DNA from: Octopus sinensis
Lineage: Eukaryota
Direction: 5' to 3'
NCBI RefSeq assembly: GCF_006345805.1
Contig: NC_043019.1
Span: 13,329,360-13,393,359 of the forward strand
Length of the DNA: 64,000 nt
Part shown: positions 25,456-39,635 of the stretch, in pieces
How positions within the stretch are numbered: position 1 is the first letter of the stretch
Layout of the letters: each line of letters begins with the position of its first letter
Program-made: the position numbers and the translations under genes
The notes under the pieces: generated by a model
Databases searched by the model: none
Told to the model about the DNA's origin: nothing
Seen by the model: only the letters and a program-made list of their open reading frames with translations

Positions 25456-26499
25456 TCACCAATAATCCTGCTCACAAAGGGCAGGTGCCCTCTCCCAGCA
25501 GACTTCTCTTGAATACAGGCGGCATGCTGAAAGGAGAACAAACCAACCCATTCACCTGGGTAATTCCCACCAATCTCACTCACCTCTCAACAAATTCATT
25601 GAAGAACCACACCTTTCCCTCTCTCTCTCTCTCTCTGCACTCACCTTCCTCTCCAAGTGGACCTTGTAGTAGTAGTAGTAATAGTAGTAGAATTATTAAG
25701 TGTGGAAGAACAAAATATTGTCCCCTTGGGTGTTGTCTGATGGTTATCACCAATGTTATGGAATTGAAGAATTTTGTTTGATTTTTTTTTTTGAGGTTTT
25801 CTTTGGTTTTTTTGTTTTTTTTTATTCTTGTTGCAGTCTACATTGTTCAGTGTTTGACCAGTTGTACGGTCTGTCGGTCGGTCGGTCGGTTGCTTGCTTG
25901 GTTGATAGGTGGGTTTGTCAGTCGGTCGGTCGGTTGGTCAGTCAGTCGGTTGGTACTCGTTCATGTGATTGAAGCGAGGAAACAAAAAGAAAAGTAAAAA
26001 AAAAAAAAAAACCTAAAAAAGAAAAGAAACTTAACTAGTTGCGTAAGAAAGCATCACCACTTTAGCAATTAGTTTTCCCAGCGCTTGCTGCATGGCTTTT
26101 AATCAAAGATGTAAGAGATCTTTAACTCGGGGCTATAATTGTCGACAGCCCATCCATCTTTAGCTTAGTGTCATTCATTTATTCAAAGATTTTCCTCTTT
26201 ATTTATAGGTACTGAATACCATCTTTTTTCTTACGCCACAGGCATCATCATCATCATTATCATTATCATCATCATCACCATCGTCATCATCATCATTACA
26301 ACAACAACAAAATGCTTTGTAGCGTTTCATCAGTCGTTGTTATGTTCAGAAGAGTTCAAATCTCGCCGAGGTCGACTTTTGCCTTTTAATCTTTTTCGGG
26401 GGTTGATAAATTAAGTACCAATTAAACATTGGGGTCAGTGTAATCAACTAGTCCCCCTCCCCCCCAAATTTCAAGCCTTGCACTTTTAGGAGAAGGTTC

Positions 26500-26505
26500 A
26501 TTATT

Positions 26506-26547
<42 letters not shown>

Positions 26548-26712
26548 GAGTGAGAGAGCAGTTCATGCCATCAAAGTGACACTGGGGTAAAATATACGAA
26601 GCCCAATATACCCATCATGACTACCCGTCTGATAAGGGTACACCAGGCACATGCATCACAACCATATGTGCGCGATATTGTGATCTCATATCAAGATAAG
26701 CAGCACATGACC

Positions 26713-26713
<1 letters not shown>
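26500..26713 (-). mobile_element. Retroposon 3' end (family F) with (AAT)n tail
   Basis: 26547-26713 is the reverse complement of about 38858-39023, and both carry an (AAT)n tail. Confidence 0.85.
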
Positions 26714-26756
<43 letters not shown>

Positions 26757-27617
26757 AGTTCAAATTCTGCCGAGGTTGACTTTGCTTTTCATCCTTTTGA
26801 AGTCAATTAAGTACCAGTTGAGTACTGGGGGCCAATGTTCCTGTGAAATTGTGGGCCTTGTGTCAAAATTTGAAGCCATTATTATTATTGTTGTTGTTAT
26901 TATTATTATTATTATTATTATTAGTAGTAGTAGTAGTAGTAGTAGTCGTAGTAGTAGTTGCCATAGTAGTAGTGCAACCACTAGCATTGCCATTCGCGCT
27001 TCATCATCTTAATTTGTTCGTATCTCCCACCTCTCCTCTGATTGTTTCCTTGTACACTTTTGTCTCTTTCTCTTTGTCAGTCTCCCTTGTGATGAAACCT
27101 ATGTATACACACACACAACAACAACAACAACATCGCATTTTAAGGGAGACTTTCCTTTCCCTTCTCTATAGGAAACCATACTTGTGCTTTGTTATAGAGT
27201 AGGTACATGGCACTTGTTGACAGCTTCAACAATGATCTCTTGCTGTGGAGGCACTTTGAAGCAATCTCTCTCTTTCTGTGCATAATTGCGTGGGTGTGTG
27301 CATGCATGTATATATGTCCATGTGTTGTGTATCCACTTGTGTGTGCGTGGGTGACTGTGCTTGTGTGTGAAGTGGGACTCAAGATGCAACAGTGCAATAT
27401 CTATCTAAACGTTGCATGTTCTCAGCTTTTGTATAAAGGCATTTCTATGGCTTTAGCATATGCTCATGTGTATATTGTACATGTGTATATAATATATATG
27501 TATGTATGTATGCATAAGCGTCAATCAAATGGGAGAGCCTCTTCCGTATTCTTTCAAAGCAAGCAACAGTATAATGTAACTCAACTTGCTAGAAATAGCA
27601 GCCAGAATCTCCTTTAA

Positions 27618-27853
27618 TCCTTTAGCATTTAAACCTGTCGTATCCAGCCAAATTATTCTACCTGTTCTATGTTCAAACTAGCCTGATCTGGCCTTTCATA
27701 CCTGCCCTACATCATCATTCTAAAAATAAATATTATCAAAATCTTAAATCACATTATCAAACTCTCAAAGTGAACATGATAATGCTTGATTTGTGCAAAA
27801 CATTGTGAATTATTGAGTGTTACATTTCACAGAATAATCTGAACAATAATGGG
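27618..27853. mobile_element. piggyBac-like MITE, same family as 8487-8698, inverted
   Basis: TTAA|TCCTTTAGCATTTAAAC...AGAATAATCTGAACAATAATGGG|TTAA. Confidence 0.65.
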
Positions 27854-28270
27854 TTAATTCACGCATCACCTTCTTTGGAAAGTAATGGGGAAACACATGG
27901 GCCCTGGGCTAAAATGGTCCTGGATGTTATTGTACATTAGAACAAAGACCCGACGATCATGGATTAAACACTGCTGATCGTATTCTATCATCAGTGAGGG
28001 CTGACTTGGGGTTTATCCTGCAACAACCATACCATTCACATGCACTTTTGGATAGGTGTGTATATGCTCGAATATGTCGACTGCTCCATGTCTGAGCAAT
28101 GGCCTCTGTGTGTGTGTATATACAAGATGTAATAATGAAGTCAAATTAAAGAGTGGTATATTGAAATCATTATGTACGTTTCAGGCTTGCATGATATATA
28201 ATAGAAAATGCCTCCATTGCGTAAACCTTTGCCACTGAAGACATTTCGGAATATGAAGAAATTTCTGTTT

Positions 28271-28657
28271 TGCATGGCTGTGTGGTGAGGGGCTTGCTTC
28301 CTAACCACATGGTTCTAGGTTCAGTCCCACTGTGTGGCACCTTGGGTGTCTTCTAGGCCTCAGGCCAACCAAAGCCTTGTTAGTGGACTTGATTGACGGA
28401 AACTGAAAGAAGCCCATCATGTATATGTATATATATGTGTGTGTGTGTGTATGTGTCTGTGTTTGTCCCCACAACATCGCTTGACAACCAATGCTGGTGT
28501 GTTTACATCCATGTAACTTAGCAGTTCAGCAAAAGAGACCGATAGAATAAGTACTAGGCTTACAAAGAATAAGTCCCGGGGTCGAGTTGCTCAACTAAAG
28601 GCGATGCTCCAGCATGACCACAGTCAAATGACTGAAACAAGTAAAAATGTAAAAGAG
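28271..28657 (+). mobile_element. SINE family A, full length
   Basis: Same architecture as 15019-15425. Confidence 0.9.
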
Positions 28658-29314
28658 TAGCTCAATCTTGGTAGGAATTGAACTCTCGATTCTAAGAAGG
28701 TAAGATGGAAAGAAATGTCTAAGCCAAATGTAAATCTTGGCAAGATTTGAAACTAAAATGTAAATGAACAACACAAAGTAGCCATTGTGCGATGCTCTGC
28801 CGCTTCTCCTGTCTCCAAACAGAACCAAGCCCTGTCAATTATTCTATAAAAACAAGCTCCGTTGCTTCAATAGATTGCCAAATTCTCTATGTAAATAAAT
28901 AAAGAATTTCAAGAAAGAAGCTGCCAAGATTACTTTCAAGTCAACACCACGATCGCCACCACCACCACCACCACCACCGCCGCTGCCCACTTCCCAACCT
29001 TGTGTCGTGTTGAATAGTTTTGTTCATTTTTTGCCTTGTTTTTTTAAATTTTTTTTTATCGTTTTCCAAGTTTGTGTTGTACAACTGAAGATCAGCTGGT
29101 CTTCAAATCTCCTTGCCTGTTTCCCCCCCACCCTTCACAATTTATGTTTTTTTTTTATGTATCTGTCTTTTTTTTTTCTACTTCTATTCTTTTATGTGTA
29201 TATACTTGGAAACATGCAATACAGACATTTGTTTAGAGTGCTTGGTCATTTACCAAATTATTTTCCCTCTTTTCCTCTACATTTTCATTGTCATTATCCA
29301 TGTTGTTGTACATG

Positions 29315-29354
<40 letters not shown>

Positions 29355-29648
29355 GGCAGCGAGCTGGCAGAGTCGTTAGCATGCTGGGCAATGCGCTTCG
29401 CAGCATTACATGTTTTGCAAACAACTTGCGCGTGCAAGTGCTACCAGTCGAGAGCTCCACATACCAGAAGCCAGTAAGTGTATGGGGTCATCATGAGAGA
29501 AAGCGTGCCGTTTCGGGGCCCACCTCTTGACGGCATCGATGCGCACCGCCCCCACCTCACTGATATGAGGCCCCACTTGCTACACCAACTGATTATTAAT
29601 TAAAGCTCAATATTCTTCTAACCATCGCTCATCGTCTCTTTTTAACAA

Positions 29649-29811
29649 GGCGCAGGAGTGGCTGTGTGGTAAGTAGCTTGTTTACCAACCACATGGTTCC
29701 GGGTTCAGTCCCACTGCGTGTCACCTTGGGCAAGTGTCTTCTACTATAGCCTCGGGCTGACCAAAGCCTTGTGAGTCAATTTGATTGACAGAAACTGCAA
29801 GAAGCCCGTCG

Positions 29812-29846
<35 letters not shown>

Positions 29847-29966
29847 ATGTATTTGTTTCCCCTAACATGGCTTGACAACCAATGCTGGTGTGTTTACATC
29901 CCTCTAACTTTGCAGTTCAGCGAAAGAGACCGATAGAATAAATACTAAGCTTACAAAGAATAAGTC
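29649..29966 (+). mobile_element. SINE family A, 3'-truncated and fused to a family B-type 3' fragment (about 29985-30112)
   Basis: GGCGCAGGAGTGGCTGTGTGG...CTTACAAAGAATAAGTC, then GTTGACTTTGC...AAGTACCAG...CAAATTTTGAAACC. Confidence 0.85.
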
Positions 29967-31447
29967 TGGTGGTTGATTTCGCCAGGGGGGTTGACTTTGC
30001 TGTTCTTGCCTTCAGAATCAATAGAACAAAGTACCAGTCAAATTCTGGAGTTGACTTAGCCCTCCCTCCCCCGATTATTAAAATTGCTGGCTTTGTGCCA
30101 AATTTTGAAACCACCACTATCATCATCATCATCATCACAGATGCTGCTATGGTCCTTTCAGTCACTAGCACCACCACTACCACCACAGCCCTAACTAACC
30201 TATTGCACCCTTTCTTTCTCTCTCTTTCTCTCTCCCTCTTTGCTTTGTTGTTCTCTCTTTTTTTGAAACGTCTTTTCTCCTTTTCTTTCATATCCACACG
30301 CAAACACGCTTGTCTATGCATGCATACAGAGACACACAGACAGAGCACACACACACATCCATATGTAAAAGAGCTTAAATCCAGCAACGCAGATTCTGCA
30401 GCGAAACTTCCCCGACTGTTTGCTGTCAATCACTGGCTCTGAAACATGTACAGCTTCTTGACATCGGGAGCTGCAGTTTCCTCCTCTTGATGTGCTGTCA
30501 TTGTGAAAGGAAATAAGCAAAACCTCATCCGTGCCTATTTAGTTATTAGCATCCTACACCGGCAGAGAAGCCTGCCGCCCTACCAGCCAACCCTGCCTCA
30601 CTGCGCTTCTCTTTCGTCACACTCCCTTCTTTCCCCTCCTGCTTTTGATCATCGTCAGCATCATGATACTAATGGTGGTTATGATGATGATGTTGCTCAT
30701 GCTGATGTTGATTTTATTGTACATATCTTCGGTCTCTTATTTTATTTAATCGTTATGTTATACATTTCAGGAATTTCGGAATTCAAAATTTTTTTTTTTT
30801 TTTTTTTTTTCCTTGCAAAGTCCATTCATTCCAGCTCGTTCGTTCATTTGTCTTATATCTTTTGTCTTGTTTTGTCTTTTGTCATTTTGCTAGTCAGTTT
30901 CTTCCTTTTTTTTTCTTCTTTTTCTTTTGGTTTGTTTCTTTTTTGTAATAGTTTTGTCATAAAAGATTTATGTTGCATTTGTTGTTGTTTTGTTGTTTAT
31001 TTTCTCTTCCTCTTTTATATTGTTTTTTTTTGTGTTTTTGTACTTTTGTTGGTGTCTTGTTGCATTTTTTTGTTGTTGTTTTGCATCGTCTCTGCTTCCT
31101 CTTCTTGTCTCTTATTGAAGAGACAGCAAGAGGAAGCACAGAGAGAGAGAAAGAGAGTGACAGAAAGCAGAGAGAGACAGACAGACAGACAGAACAGGAA
31201 GCAGAGAGACAGACAAACAGACAGACAGATATACAGAGAAGACAGCAGAGAGAGAAAAGGAGAGAGACGGAAGAAGGAAACAGAGAGTGGTGGGGTGAGA
31301 GACAGACAAATAGACAGAGACAGAAAAGGAAGCCAAGAGAGAGAGAGAGACAGACAGAAGAAAGCAAAGAGAGAAAAAGTGAGGGAAACAAGAGAGAGAG
31401 AGAGAGAGAGAGAAAGAAGAGAGAGAAAGAGAGAGAGAGATGTAACA

Positions 31448-31640
31448 ATAAACTAAACAAGCTAAAAAAAATTAAGAAAAATAATACAAAAAAATAAACT
31501 AAAAAAATTAAGAAAATAATACCAAAAAATAAACTAAAAAAAAATTAAGAAAAATAATACAAAAAAATAAACTAAAAAAATTAAGAAAATAATACCAAAA
31601 AATAAACTAAAAAAAAATTAAGAAAAATAATACAAAAAAA
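31448..31640. repeat. A-rich minisatellite, unit about 35 bp, about 5 copies
   Basis: ATAAACTAAAAAAATTAAGAAAATAATAC repeated. Confidence 0.85.
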
Positions 31641-32275
31641 AAACAAAAAAAAAAAACATGGAAGACGTTTATTTACAAGCTGAGAAAGTGAATTCCCTGC
31701 TATTTATTTTGCTTACATGTTGTCTTGAATATTAAACTTGTATCGGAATGAATACGAATAATAATAACAATAATAACAATAACGAGAATGGCGACAAATA
31801 AGGAGAAGAAAATTAACAATGAAAATATAAGTTAATAAATGAAAGGCAGTTTGAAGTTGGAGGTAGAAAAGTGTGTAGAAGTGTGTGTATATATAATATG
31901 GGATCATATGTGTGCATATGCATATTTGTGTGTGTATGCATATGTATACATGTGTATGTGTGTGTATATATGTGTATATGTATATATGTATATATATTTA
32001 TTTACTTGAACCCACATAAAATGACCTTATATGTATATATGTATGCATATATATGTGTGTGTGTATGTATGTGTGTGCATGTCTGTATGTATATGTGTAT
32101 ATATTTATGTATGTATATGTGTATATATATGTGTATGTATATATACGTATGTATATGTGTATATATATATATGTCTGTATGTATGTATGCATTTATGTAT
32201 ATTTGTATGCATGTCTGTATGTATATATGTATGTATATGTGTATATATATGTATGTATATGTGTATATATATGTA

Positions 32276-32307
<32 letters not shown>

Positions 32308-32923
32308 ATATATATATATAATATATAATATATATATATATAAATTTCTCTCTAATATTGTTTTGTTGCTATTAAGCTCCATAAGAAAATATTTCTAGCC
32401 AGAATCCATTTGAAACAGGAGGTCTTGGGTTATTTCCTCCCCACCTGTTTCATTGTTGTTATTTCAAATATTGGATTTTATCCTATTGTATTTTACACAA
32501 TTCGTTGTTTAGAAACGTCCTGTTTGTCTTGACAGTTTTTCATCCCCTTCGCCGCTATTTCATCTCCCACACTTCTCACCTCATTGGCACGTTTGTATAC
32601 GTGCAGCATCAGACTGATGGAAACCTTTCACCCACATGCCTTCCTTTGCTTCAGTTTTCGTTGTCATCATCATCGACATCTTTCTTAGATCCTTGTTTCA
32701 ATTCTCCACTTGTTGGTAAAACAATTTTTTAAAATTTATTTACTTACTTCTGGAATCGCTAAGATTTGATCTCATGCTCTTGTATTTCACAGCTAATGTT
32801 GTGACTGCATTGAGACAAAATGGTTTTATCATGTCATGAAACAATAAAAGGCAGTGTTGGCCCCTGCGGGAGTTGAGCTCAGAAGGTAGAATTGGAAGAG
32901 CTGCCCTTTTTTGTTTTTGTCCT

Positions 32924-33273
32924 AGGCATAGGAGTGGTTGTGTGGTAAGTAGCTTGCTTACCAACCACATGGTTCTGGGTTCAGTCCCACTGTGTGGCAC
33001 CTTGGGCAAGTGTCTTCTACTATAGTCTCGGGCCGACCAAAGCCTTGTGAGTGTATGTATGTCTATATGTTTGTGTGTCTGTGTTTGTCCCCCCCAACAT
33101 CGCTTGACAACCGATGCTGGTGTGTTTACATCCCCATAACTTAGCGGTTTGGCAAGAGAGACCAATAAAATAAGTACTAGGCTTACAAAGAGTAAGTCCT
33201 GGGGTTGATTTGCTCGACTAAAGGCGGTGCTCCAGCATGGCCACAGTCAAATGACTGAAACAAGTAAAAGAGT
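32924..33273 (+). mobile_element. SINE family A with internal deletion
   Basis: Head and tail intact; the GGATTTGGTAGACGG...GAAGCCC segment is missing. Confidence 0.88.
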
Positions 33274-33492
33274 ATACCCTTAATGTAGTTCTCAAGGAGA
33301 TTCAGCGTGACACAGAATGTGATAAGGTTGGCCCTTTGAAATACAGGCACTACTCATTTTTACCAACTGAGTGGACTGGAGCAACATGAAATAAAGTGTC
33401 TTGCTCAAGGACACAACAAGTAGCCAGGAATTGAACTCACGACCTTACAATCATGAGCCAAATACTCTAACCACTAAGCCATGTGCCTTCAC
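33274..33492 (-). mobile_element. tRNA-derived SINE family C
   Basis: Reverse complement of 33813-34030 (GGCTTAGTGGTTAG...GTCCTTGAGCAAGACACTTTATTTCA). Confidence 0.85.
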
Positions 33493-33812
33493 AATCACTA
33501 ATACAGAAGGTATTCAACCAGTAGCTGCATGGCATCTAGTTACACCTCTGTATGTTTTGAGTTGAAGTCCCTCCCCACTAGACGTTGGCTTTTGTCTGCC
33601 TGAGGTTGATTGAATAAATACCAGCCAACAAATACTTCAGGCAGATGTCTAAAACCTCTAGAAGAATGCATGTCTGTGTGTTTGTTAAATTACAGAGCTT
33701 ATTGAACAATTATGTATACATAAAGGTAAGAAGAACATTTCAAAATAGTTAAGAATCTGTTGACTATTTAAATATCTGATCAAATATTCTCAATAAGTGT
33801 AGACAGTTTGGA

Positions 33813-34137
33813 GTGAGGGCACGTGGCTTAGTGGTTAGGGCATTCGGCTCATGATCGTAAGGTTGTGAGTTCGATTCCCGGCGACGCGTTGTGTCCTTGA
33901 GCAAGACACTTTATTTCACGTTGCTCCAGTCCACTCAGCTGGCAAAAATGAGTTGTACTTGTATTTTAAAGGGTCAGCCTTGTCACTCTCTGTGTCACGC
34001 TGATTATCCCCGAGAACTACGTTAAGGGTACACGTGTCTGTGGAATGCTCAGCCATTTGCACGTTAATTTCACGAGCAAGCTGTTCCGTTGATCGTATCA
34101 GCTGGGACCCTCGTCGTCGTAACCGGCGGAGTCTTTA
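33813..34137 (+). mobile_element. tRNA-derived SINE family C, full length with 12-bp target-site duplication
   Basis: A box TGGCTTAGTGG, B box GAGTTCGATTCC, and AGACAGTTTGGA at 33801-33812 and 34138-34149. Confidence 0.92.
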
Positions 34138-35996
34138 AGACAGTTTGGAAAGGTTCTGCTGAATAGTTGGAAAACTATTCAGCACTACTCGACCAAATGG
34201 ATTTATTATCTCATCAACAAGAGAGCATATATATAGTTTTTCAACCTGCTAGAAATTGCAGGCAACTCCCCTCAAATCATACCCAACTGTCTTTAAAAAT
34301 GAAAAACAACACATTAGACAATGTATGGCTGGAACACCATTGATTGGGATCAGAGCCCTGCTCAATTTGGGTTCATCTCTGGTTAAGCAACAACAGTATA
34401 TTTATATTAAAAAAAACCACATAAAACAAATATACCCACCCACTTACTACCTAAGGGGTTTGTATTAAAGCTAACACACCCAGGGTCTCCATGATAAATT
34501 TATAACTTTGGCAAGGCAGGGCAAGACTTTTTAATGGGGGAGTCCCTCGTAATTTGGAAAGTGGTACTATGTGGTGATTTATATATAGAGAGAGAAGGGG
34601 GTTCAAGAGATCTTCACAGGGGGTTGCAGGTGAAAGGTTTCTTTCCCCTCTAGTTCCTTCACTCTCTGAACCTAGGTATTAGTTGAATTTCTCTTATCAG
34701 GGCTTGAACACACCTGTGGATGAATAATTTTTTTTCTGTACCTTTTTTTCCCCGGCTTAACTGCATGTTGTTGTTGTTGTTGTTGCTGCTGCTTTTGTTG
34801 TTTTCGAAATTGTCTTTCTCACCTGTATTTAAGAATAAAACAATATCGCTCCTCCATCTTGCCACGGAAAGCTTCATTTTTTTTTTTTTTTGAAAAAAAC
34901 AAGAAAATGGTGAGAAAATTGTGGGAGTGGGTTTGGACAGAAAAGACGAAAAAAAAAAAATGAAAGCAAAGCAAAGCAAAACTGAAATAAAACGGTTGGA
35001 AGGAGAGGAGGAAATGAAAAAGAAGAAGGTGATGATGATGATGATGAAGATGATGAAGGAGGTGATAATGAAGTGGAAGATGCAGGAAGAAATTTGTGAT
35101 AAGAAATATGGTAAAAAATTGTTGAAGTTAGTATCACTGATATGTATAGAGATGGGCCCCGGATTTAGCCTCCATTTATTTACAAGGCAGTTTTATCAAA
35201 TGATCAAAAATGTTCAATTCCAAAATAGTATGTTGTGTGTGTGTGTGTATGTGTGTAAATGTGTGTGTGTTCATGTACATATGTATTTCTGAGTGTGTGC
35301 ATACAAGTTTGTGTGTATAAATATGTGTGTGTGTGTGTTCATGTGTATAAGTGTGTATGTGTGTGTTCATCTGCATATGTATTTCTGAGTGTGTGCATAC
35401 ATGTATGTGTGTGTAAATGTGTTTGTGTGTTCATGTCCATGTGTATTTCTAAATGTGTGCATACGTGTGTGTGTGTGTCTGTGTGTATACATGTGTATGT
35501 GTGTGTTCATGAACATATGTATTTCTGAGTGTGTGCATACATATGTGTGTGTATGTGTTTCTGAGTATGCATGTGTATGCTTGTTTGCTCATATGCATGT
35601 ATGTACGTTTGTGTGTATATATGTGTGTGTGTATATATGTGTGTGTGTATGTTTCTGTTCATGTATATTTATGTTAGTTTGTATGTTCATGTATATGTGT
35701 CTGTTAGTGTATGTATGTGTGTACATATCTGTGTGTTACTACACACGTATGTGTTGAGGTACACAGATTTGTGTATGCATGTGTGTGTATATTGTTGCAT
35801 AGCAGTAGTGGTGGTAGCAGTAGTAGTTGTAGCAATAGTAGTAGTAGTTAGGAATTCCATGGTAGTTGTGGGGGTGGTAGTTGTGGCAGTGGTGGTGCTA
35901 AGTCAGTTCTTATATGTCATTGCTACTTAGTATTAAAGAAAATAAGATTCCTGTTGAATATCCTAGTTGAATGAAAGACTTGAATTGTGCATACGT

Positions 35997-36048
<52 letters not shown>

Positions 36049-36792
36049 TAGAAAAATATGTATGTATTAATAAACTACCAAACTGTATATAATATACAAT
36101 AATTATAATTCAGGATATATATCCGTAGTAGCATATTGAAGAAATGTCTGTGAGAGAAGATGACTTTACCATTCAGTAGAGTTCCCCTGCAGGCAGAAAA
36201 CGGAGAAAATTTGTGAAAGAACAAACACTCTGTTGATATTGCAATGATGTTTTAAAAAAAAAAATAATAATAATAATAAAAAATGAACGAATACAAAGAA
36301 AAACAGCAAAAATAAATAAAAGTATTTTTTTCTTCTTGTTTTTCTTCTTATTATTATTTTCCTTTTCTTTCTTTCTTTCTTTCTTCTCTCCGCGCTATCA
36401 TTTGTTTATTAACATCCAATGGTGGTTTTATTAAATGGGAATATTGTGAAAGGCATTCATCCTTAACTTTTATCATAATTTCATTTTGAGATGTGTTAGT
36501 TATCTGGTGTCGGCGGCATGGCATATGCTGTCGGTTGTGTGCGTGTGTGTAAGGAGGTGTGCTATGTATGCGTTTATGTGCGCGCGCGTTTGTGTGTATG
36601 TGTGTGTGTGTGTACGTGAATACATACATAAAGAAACTCACACGTGTTCATGCAGATAGACACACACATATACACAAGCATGTACATGCATACGTGTATG
36701 TATATATATATATATATATACACACACACATATGTATACATATCTACATATATGTATACATATACAGATACACATATACATACACATATACA

Positions 36793-36825
<33 letters not shown>

Positions 36826-38013
36826 CAACACATTGACACACATATGTACATGTATATATTTACATACACATATTAATGTGTGTATGTATGTATGTATATA
36901 TATATATATTATATATATATATGTGTGTGTGTGTGTGTACATAACAATCTATATATATGTGTGTATATATATATATATACATATAAATATAGTATGTGTA
37001 TACATATAGATCTATATATATGTGTGTGTATATGTGTGTGTATACACACACATACAAACATATACACATATGTATGTATGTCTGTCTGTGTGTGTGTGTA
37101 TATATAATTCAAAGATTATAAAAACAGAAGAAAAGCAAGAACAAAAAAAAACAAAACACAAAAGAACCAATAAAAACAACAAAACAAACAGCTAAAAGAT
37201 AAATACAACAACAGCAACAACAACACCAGCAACAGAAGTATGTTTGTTTTTCTTGTAGAGCGGAGAGTGTATTAAAGTCAACTGCTTCGTTTCTCACAGA
37301 TCATAAAGCAATTTAGTGGGAGGATTCCAGCGCACTACTAGTGTCTGACGAGCCCAAAAACAAAACAAAGGCTCGATTCAATAGTTTTTAATAAGCCTCT
37401 CACTTCTTGCTTGCTTGCCGTGTGGGAGACATCAGCCTCAAGTACTGCCGCAACTCGACTGGTTTTTAGTAACCTTTTGAACAAACCGAGGTAGTGTTTT
37501 GGCACTGGAATATGTTTGTAATGGTAAATTAGCCGAAATAATCGCCGTGGTTGCTGTTGCTCGTCCGCTTCTGAAATGTTAACTTTTTTTTATTTGCTTG
37601 TTAGTTCAACAATGTTAACGTTGATCTTGGAATCATATATGTGTATATACATGTGTGTGTGTAATGTATAAATATATACATATATGTGTGTTATGTGTAT
37701 GTATATATATATATATATATGTATGTGTGTATATACATATCGTCAAATTCGTACAACATCCATTTTTTTAATGCTAGCCCAGGTTGAATGATATCCGAGT
37801 GTGTGTGTGTGCGTATATATATATATATATCATCATCATCATCATCATCATTTAACGTCCGCTTTCCATGCTATATACATGTATATACATATATGTACAC
37901 ACACATATATACACAAAAACAATATAAGCACATGTGTGTGTATATATATACACACATGTATATATACACACACATGTGTTTTTGTGTATATATGTGTGTG
38001 TGCATATATGTAT

Positions 38014-38075
<62 letters not shown>

Positions 38076-38531
38076 TTGTAAGTCTACATGCATGTTTATG
38101 CATATTTGTGTGTATGTGTGTGTGTATGCATGTGTGTATGCGTGTGTGTGTGTGTGTGTATTCATGTGTGTTCAAATGTTAAAGCAAGTTGTTGGCCAAT
38201 GTCCAGAATGCCCAACAGCGATACTGGACAAAACAAGGTGGGAGTCTAGAATGAGATGAAATCTATTGAAACCTTATTCAAGAGACAATATATCAATGGT
38301 TCCAACACATTTTCCCCCCATCTTCTGTAACAACCAATTTAAAATGGTGGTTTTGATAGGGGACGGGGGTTGCTGTGATATAGAAAAAGACAGCAAAAGT
38401 GAGGGAGACAGGGAGACTAAAAGAAGTTTCTTTTGGTTTCTAATGTAAATATCAATTGAAGGTCTTGCTAGTTGTATTATCTATTATCCTTCGCTGAGGA
38501 GGTTTAATAACACTGAAACATATCCACCAAT

Positions 38532-38545
38532 GTTGCCATAGCAAC
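38532..38545. promoter_or_regulatory. Candidate RFX X-box
   Basis: GTTGCCATAGCAAC is one mismatch from the palindromic RFX consensus GTTGCCATGGCAAC. It lies in non-repetitive DNA with CCAAT immediately upstream (38527-38531). Confidence 0.4.
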
Positions 38546-38809
38546 CAAAGATCAAACTCACATGCTGTGTCCCATGATGCATGTCTTCCGTTTAATTTTG
38601 GGTTAGATGGCGATTGGGGATGTCTTGAGTACCCTCCCTTGTATCTTTTGAGAATAATTTTCATTAATCCTGATGAGCTTTTCTCTTCATTGTGATTTTA
38701 ATCTGAATTAGCCGAAAACTTTTTTCATTTCATCTCATTAAGTATTCTAGCATGCACTTGACTATGTATTCTTCATGCAGAAATTACCCAGGTAAAATTA
38801 TTTTGAGTG

Positions 38810-39022
38810 AGATGGGCTACTCGACCTGAAGAAAATTCTAACTGGGCCTCACCTGCAAGGTCATGCGCTGTTTATCTTGATAGGAGATCACCATGTTCGA
38901 AGATATGGTTGTGATGCATGTACCTGGTGTACCCTTATCAGACGGGTAGTCATGAATGGTATACTAGGCTTTGTATATTTTACCCCAGTGTCACTTGGAT
39001 GGCATGCGCAGCTCTCTCACTC

Positions 39023-39070
<48 letters not shown>
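38810..39070 (+). mobile_element. Retroposon 3' end (family F) with (AAT)n tail
   Basis: Reverse-complement match to 26547-26713. Confidence 0.85.
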
Positions 39071-39071
<1 letters not shown>

Positions 39072-39369
39072 GTTACAATAGATTTTTGATTTGATAATAA
39101 AACATCATCAGGTCTTTCTGTTATATTGCATGGCCTCAGATAATATGAAGAATATGGCAGAAATTAAGAACAAAATATATAACTGTGTGTGTATGTGTAA
39201 TATAGAGAGGTAGATATGATGTATATGTTTATGACTGTGTATTACTGTGTATTCGTATGTGTATATGTGTAAGTACATAAACTAATATATGTAGAGGATT
39301 GTGTGTTTATGTGTGTACAGGTATACGCAGATGTGCGTATATGTATTAATAGGTATGTAGACTGTTGTG

Positions 39370-39406
<37 letters not shown>

Positions 39407-39505
39407 GTGTATATATATATATATATATATGGGTGTATATATATGTGTGTGTGTGCAAATATTATGTGGGTGTGTATATAAATTTGTGTATAATTTTATT
39501 TATAA

Positions 39506-39547
<42 letters not shown>

Positions 39548-39603
39548 ATGTAGGTATGTACATATATGTATGTATATATGCATATATTATATATTATTTA
39601 TAT

Positions 39604-39635
<32 letters not shown>

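Noticed and set aside
33813-33890. tRNA gene-like sequences (also at 48382, 57464 and the SINE A heads)
   Set aside because: They have A and B boxes but no full cloverleaf, and they run directly into SINE bodies.
37345-37380. CUGACGA followed by a GCC/GGC stem
   Set aside because: No GAAA box or stem III follows.
37495-37545. TTTGGCACTGG resembling the miR-96/182 seed
   Set aside because: Only the seed region matches and the flanks give no adequate pre-miRNA stem.
38494-38526. CUGAGGA...GAAA-CAUA-UC hammerhead-like core
   Set aside because: Stem I is only 1 bp and stem III is mismatched, so chance is likely.
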